DNA of 64,000 bases from Alphaproteobacteria bacterium. GTDB lineage: Bacteria; Pseudomonadota; Alphaproteobacteria; SP197. The position numbers were made by a program, and so were the translations under genes. This document shows, in pieces, positions 60,155 to 64,000 of the stretch. Below the pieces are notes generated by a model, which searched no databases, had not been told where the DNA came from, and was given only the letters and a program-made list of their open reading frames with translations. Positions within the stretch are counted from its first letter, which is position 1, and every line of letters starts with the position of its first letter. The stretch spans positions 928,001 to 992,000 of the forward strand of contig OZ219747.1 of NCBI GenBank assembly GCA_964291265.2, read 5' to 3'.

Positions 60155-61060
60155 CTGACCACGGATACCCGGGCAGCGTACCCGGCTGACACGCTCGCCG
60201 CGTCTCCGGGCGACTATCTTGCGCTCCTCAAGCCGAGGGTGATGTCGCTGGTGGTGTTCACCGGCGCCATCGGTCTCGTCGTTGCCGAGGGAAGCCTCCA
60301 TCCGTTCCTTGCCGTGGTGGCGCTCCTGTGCATTGCCCTGGGCGCCGGCGCCGCCGGGTGCATCAACATGTGGTACGAGCGCGATCTCGACGCCCTCATG
60401 CACAGAACGTGGCATCGACCCATCCCTGCGGGCCGGATTGCCGGGACCAGCGCCCTGGAGTTCGGCGCGACACTGGCCATGGCATCGGTCATGATGATGG
60501 GTGTGGCGGTCAACTGGATGGCCGCCGGCCTGCTGACCCTCGCCATTGCCTTCTATGTCTTCGTCTACACGGTGTGGCTCAAGCGCCGGACACCCTGGAA
60601 CATCGTCATCGGGGGCGCCGCCGGCGCCTTTCCCCCGGTGATCGGCGAAGCCGCCGTGACCGGAAGCGTGTCGGCCGCATCAATTGCCCTCTTTGCCATC
60701 ATCTTCATGTGGACTCCGCCGCACTTCTGGTCGCTCGCCCTCTATCGATCGGACGATTACCGCCGCGCCGGCATTCCGATGCTGCCGGTGGTCGCCGGGC
60801 CCGGGGCGACGCGCTGGCAGATCCTCGCCTACAGCGCTCTCATGATTCCGGTGTCGATGACCCCCTGGTTCATGGGCAGTGCCGGCGTCCTCTATGGCGC
60901 GGGGGCGGCCATTCTCTCGGTCATCTTCACGTGCGGCGCCATTGCCGTCCTTGTACACCGCAGCGAGATGTCCGCGCGCTGGATGTTCAGATACTCGATC
61001 TTCTATCTTGCGCTCGTCTTCGCACTCCTTGGCATCGATCACGGGGTCCGCTGGTCATGA
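60155..61060 (+). CDS. ctaB: Protoheme IX farnesyltransferase (probable CTG start)
   Basis: LLKPRVMSLVVFT, LKRRTPWNIVIGGAAGA, WTPPHFW. Confidence 0.93.
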   Translation: MTTDTRAAYPADTLAASPGDYLALLKPRVMSLVVFTGAIGLVVAEGSLHPFLAVVALLCIALGAGAAGCINMWYERDLDALMHRTWHRPIPAGRIAGTSALEFGATLAMASVMMMGVAVNWMAAGLLTLAIAFYVFVYTVWLKRRTPWNIVIGGAAGAFPPVIGEAAVTGSVSAASIALFAIIFMWTPPHFWSLALYRSDDYRRAGIPMLPVVAGPGATRWQILAYSALMIPVSMTPWFMGSAGVLYGAGAAILSVIFTCGAIAVLVHRSEMSARWMFRYSIFYLALVFALLGIDHGVRWS

Positions 61061-61176
61061 CCGATTCCGAACGCATCAGGACACAGCGCCGCCGCCGGAG
61101 CGTCGTGATTGCCCTCGTGCTCGCCGCGTTCATCCTCGTCATCTACGGCGTCTCGATCATCAGGATGGGCGGCTGA
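61057..61176 (+). CDS. Small membrane protein of the cox operon (CoxF-like)
   Basis: MTDSERIRTQRRRRSVVIALVLAAFILVIYGVSIIRMGG; ATGA overlap; usual position between ctaB and ctaG. Confidence 0.7.
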   Translation: MTDSERIRTQRRRRSVVIALVLAAFILVIYGVSIIRMGG

Positions 61177-61179
61177 GCC

Positions 61180-61782
61180 ATGAGCAAGCGGACCACCGTT
61201 GCAGGGATCGTCGCCTGCATCTCCCTGATGACGGCGCTGACCGTGGCAGCGGTGCCTCTTTACCGCCTGTTCTGTCAGGTCACCGGATTCGGCGGGACGC
61301 CCGCAACGGCGAGTGCCGCCCCCGGGTTCAGCGGGGATCCGACACTCGTCACGGTACGGTTCAATGCTGATACGGCTCGCGGACTCTTCTGGGAGTTTCG
61401 CCCGCTGCTGAAGGAAGTCCGGACACCGACGGGGGAACAGGTCACGGTCTTCTACGAGGCGTACAACCCCACGGGCAGGGAAATCAGCGGTGTGTCGACC
61501 TTCAACGTGACGCCTTTGAAGGTCGGCGAGTACTTTGCCAAGATCGATTGCTTCTGCTTCGTCGAGCAGACGCTCGGACCCGGTGAACGTGTGGCCATGC
61601 CGGTCACGTTCTTCGTCGATCCGGACATGCTGAAGGACCCGCTGACCGAGGAGGTCCGCAGCATCACGTTGTCCTATACGTTCTTTGCCAGCGACAGGAT
61701 GGCCGGGATTCCGGGCCGGCTGGCTATGCATACCATGGAGGACGGCCGCACCGCGACCGCACCGTTGCAAGGAGAGACCTGA
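61180..61782 (+). CDS. ctaG: Cytochrome c oxidase assembly protein CtaG/Cox11
   Basis: PLYRLFCQVTGFGGT, KIDCFCF, ITLSYTF. Confidence 0.95.
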   Translation: MSKRTTVAGIVACISLMTALTVAAVPLYRLFCQVTGFGGTPATASAAPGFSGDPTLVTVRFNADTARGLFWEFRPLLKEVRTPTGEQVTVFYEAYNPTGREISGVSTFNVTPLKVGEYFAKIDCFCFVEQTLGPGERVAMPVTFFVDPDMLKDPLTEEVRSITLSYTFFASDRMAGIPGRLAMHTMEDGRTATAPLQGET

Positions 61783-62594
61783 TGGCCGATCATTCATCCA
61801 CGCATCCCTACCATCTGGTCAATCCCAGTCCATGGCCCGCACTCGGCGCCTTTTCCGCCTTCGTGCTGGCCGCCGGGATGATCGGCATGTTCGACGACCC
61901 GGGACGATGGTGGATGATCTTTCCGGGACTGGCCCTTGCCCTGTCGACCATGTTCTTCTGGTGGCGCGACGTGGTGAGCGAGGCCGAAGTCGAGAAGGCG
62001 CACACGCCGGTGGTGCAGATCGGACTGCGCTACGGAATGGCGCTCTTCATCGCCTCCGAGGTGATGTTCTTCCTTGCCTGGTTCTGGGCCTACTTCAACG
62101 CCGCCCTCTTTCCGACCGTCCAGATGGGCGGCATATGGCCGCCGGAAGGTATTCTCACGTTCGATCCCTGGGATCTTCCCTTCATCAACACGCTGGTGCT
62201 GCTGACCTCGGGGACCACCGTCACGTGGGCTCACCATGCCCTGAGGGAAGGCAAGCGCGATCAGCTGATCGCCGGACTGTGGGTCACGGTGGTGCTCGGC
62301 ATCACCTTCACGGCCTTCCAGATCGTCGAGTATGTCGAGGCGCCATTCTCCTTCACCGGCGGGATCTATGGTTCCACCTTCTACATGGCCACCGGATTCC
62401 ACGGGTTCCACGTCATCGTCGGCACCATCTTCCTCGGCGTATGCCTGGTCAGGGCCTGCAAGGGCCACTTCACCCCGCAGCAGCACTTCGGGTTCGAGGC
62501 GGCCGCGTGGTACTGGCACTTCGTCGATGTCGTCTGGCTCTTCCTGTTCTGCTGCATCTACTGGTGGGGCGCTGGCGAAATCGCCCCGCACTGA
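61782..62594 (+). CDS. coxC: Cytochrome c oxidase subunit III
   Basis: HPYHLVNPSPWP, FIASEVMFF, TGFHGFHV, WYWHFVDVVW. Confidence 0.96.
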   Translation: MADHSSTHPYHLVNPSPWPALGAFSAFVLAAGMIGMFDDPGRWWMIFPGLALALSTMFFWWRDVVSEAEVEKAHTPVVQIGLRYGMALFIASEVMFFLAWFWAYFNAALFPTVQMGGIWPPEGILTFDPWDLPFINTLVLLTSGTTVTWAHHALREGKRDQLIAGLWVTVVLGITFTAFQIVEYVEAPFSFTGGIYGSTFYMATGFHGFHVIVGTIFLGVCLVRACKGHFTPQQHFGFEAAAWYWHFVDVVWLFLFCCIYWWGAGEIAPH

Positions 62595-62657
62595 AACGGC
62601 GCCGGCGGCCTCGGGTCTCAGGCATGAGCCCCGTTGTGCTGAACCGGACGGCGCCGG

Positions 62658-63380
62658 TCAGGCCATGTAGGCGCCGCCGTTGATGGCGAGAGTCGAGCCG
62701 GTGATGAAACCGGCTTCGTCGGCGGCGAGAAAGAGGACGCAACGGGCCACTTCTTCCGGCTGTGCCACCCGGCCCACGGGGATACCGGAGATGATGCGCT
62801 GCATCATCGCTTCGCTGACATGAGAGATGAGATCGGTGTCGACATAGCCCGGCGCGACGGCATTGACGGTAATCCCCTTCGAGGCATTCTCGAGGGCGAG
62901 GGCCTTGGTCAGGCCGAGCATGCCGGCCTTGGCGGCCGAATAGTTCGACAGTCCCAGCATGCCGGACTGGCCATTGATGGAGCTGATGTTGATGATCCGC
63001 CCGAACCCGCGGCTGCGCATGCCGCCGATGACCGCGCGGCACATGTGAAAACATGAATTGAGGTTGACGTCCACGACCCTCGACCAGTCCTCGTTCGCCA
63101 TCTTGTGCAGGAATCCGTCGCGCGACGTGCCTGCATTGTTGACGAGGACATCGATGCCGCCGATCTGTTCCTCGACAAGCGCCGCACCCCGCTGGCAGCC
63201 ATCGTGGTCCGAGACATCCCAGCGGAAGGATGGAATGTTCGTCCGCGAGGTGAATTCCCGGGCAGCCTCGGCATTGCCGGAATAGGTCACGGCGACCGTG
63301 TAGCCGGCGGCGGCGAGGGCTTCCGCGATGGCGGCGCCGATACCGCGGGTGCCGCCGGTGACGAGAGCGCTCCTGGTCAT
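62658..63380 (-). CDS. phaB: Acetoacetyl-CoA reductase
   Basis: TGGTRGIG, NNAG, ISSING, NYSAAKAG; downstream of thiolase. Confidence 0.88.
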   Translation of the reverse strand: MTRSALVTGGTRGIGAAIAEALAAAGYTVAVTYSGNAEAAREFTSRTNIPSFRWDVSDHDGCQRGAALVEEQIGGIDVLVNNAGTSRDGFLHKMANEDWSRVVDVNLNSCFHMCRAVIGGMRSRGFGRIINISSINGQSGMLGLSNYSAAKAGMLGLTKALALENASKGITVNAVAPGYVDTDLISHVSEAMMQRIISGIPVGRVAQPEEVARCVLFLAADEAGFITGSTLAINGGAYMA

Positions 63381-63412
63381 GATGGCGTCACCCCCCCCCG
63401 ATCCGTCGCGCT

Positions 63413-64000
<588 letters not shown>

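Overview
GC-rich alphaproteobacterial chromosome segment in three parts. (1) 1-30.7 kb is a nested pile of mobile elements. A methyltransferase-carrying IS66 is interrupted by a second IS66 (6847-27759, 8-bp TSD AGAAGATC). That IS66's transposase is interrupted by an antisense group II intron (8055-26704). Domain I of the intron is split by a ~16.7-kb integrative mobilisable element (8295-25035, 10-bp direct repeat CCCGCGGTGT), which encodes two tandem tyrosine integrases, a MOBF/TrwC-type relaxase and three RHH proteins. That element in turn carries an IS1595 with a BglII-like restriction-modification pair and another MTase-IS66. An AbiE toxin-antitoxin pair and ISKra4/ISNCY remnants are also present. 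(2) 30.7-44.6 kb and 57.6-64 kb are core or metabolic genes: methylated-amine oxidoreductases, a two-component system, a Rieske oxygenase, ubiA, gshA, tldD, the aa3 cytochrome c oxidase operon and phaAB. (3) 44.7-57.6 kb is an accessory island between tldD and coxB. It holds a TbpB-like lipoprotein gene downstream of a heptamer repeat, putative nucleases, and four tandem AAA-ATPase/PD-(D/E)XK genes whose variable blocks are shuffled between copies. The best candidates for undescribed biology are the intron-targeting dual-integrase element and the mosaic ATPase-nuclease array. All family assignments come from motif recognition by eye; no database searches were run.
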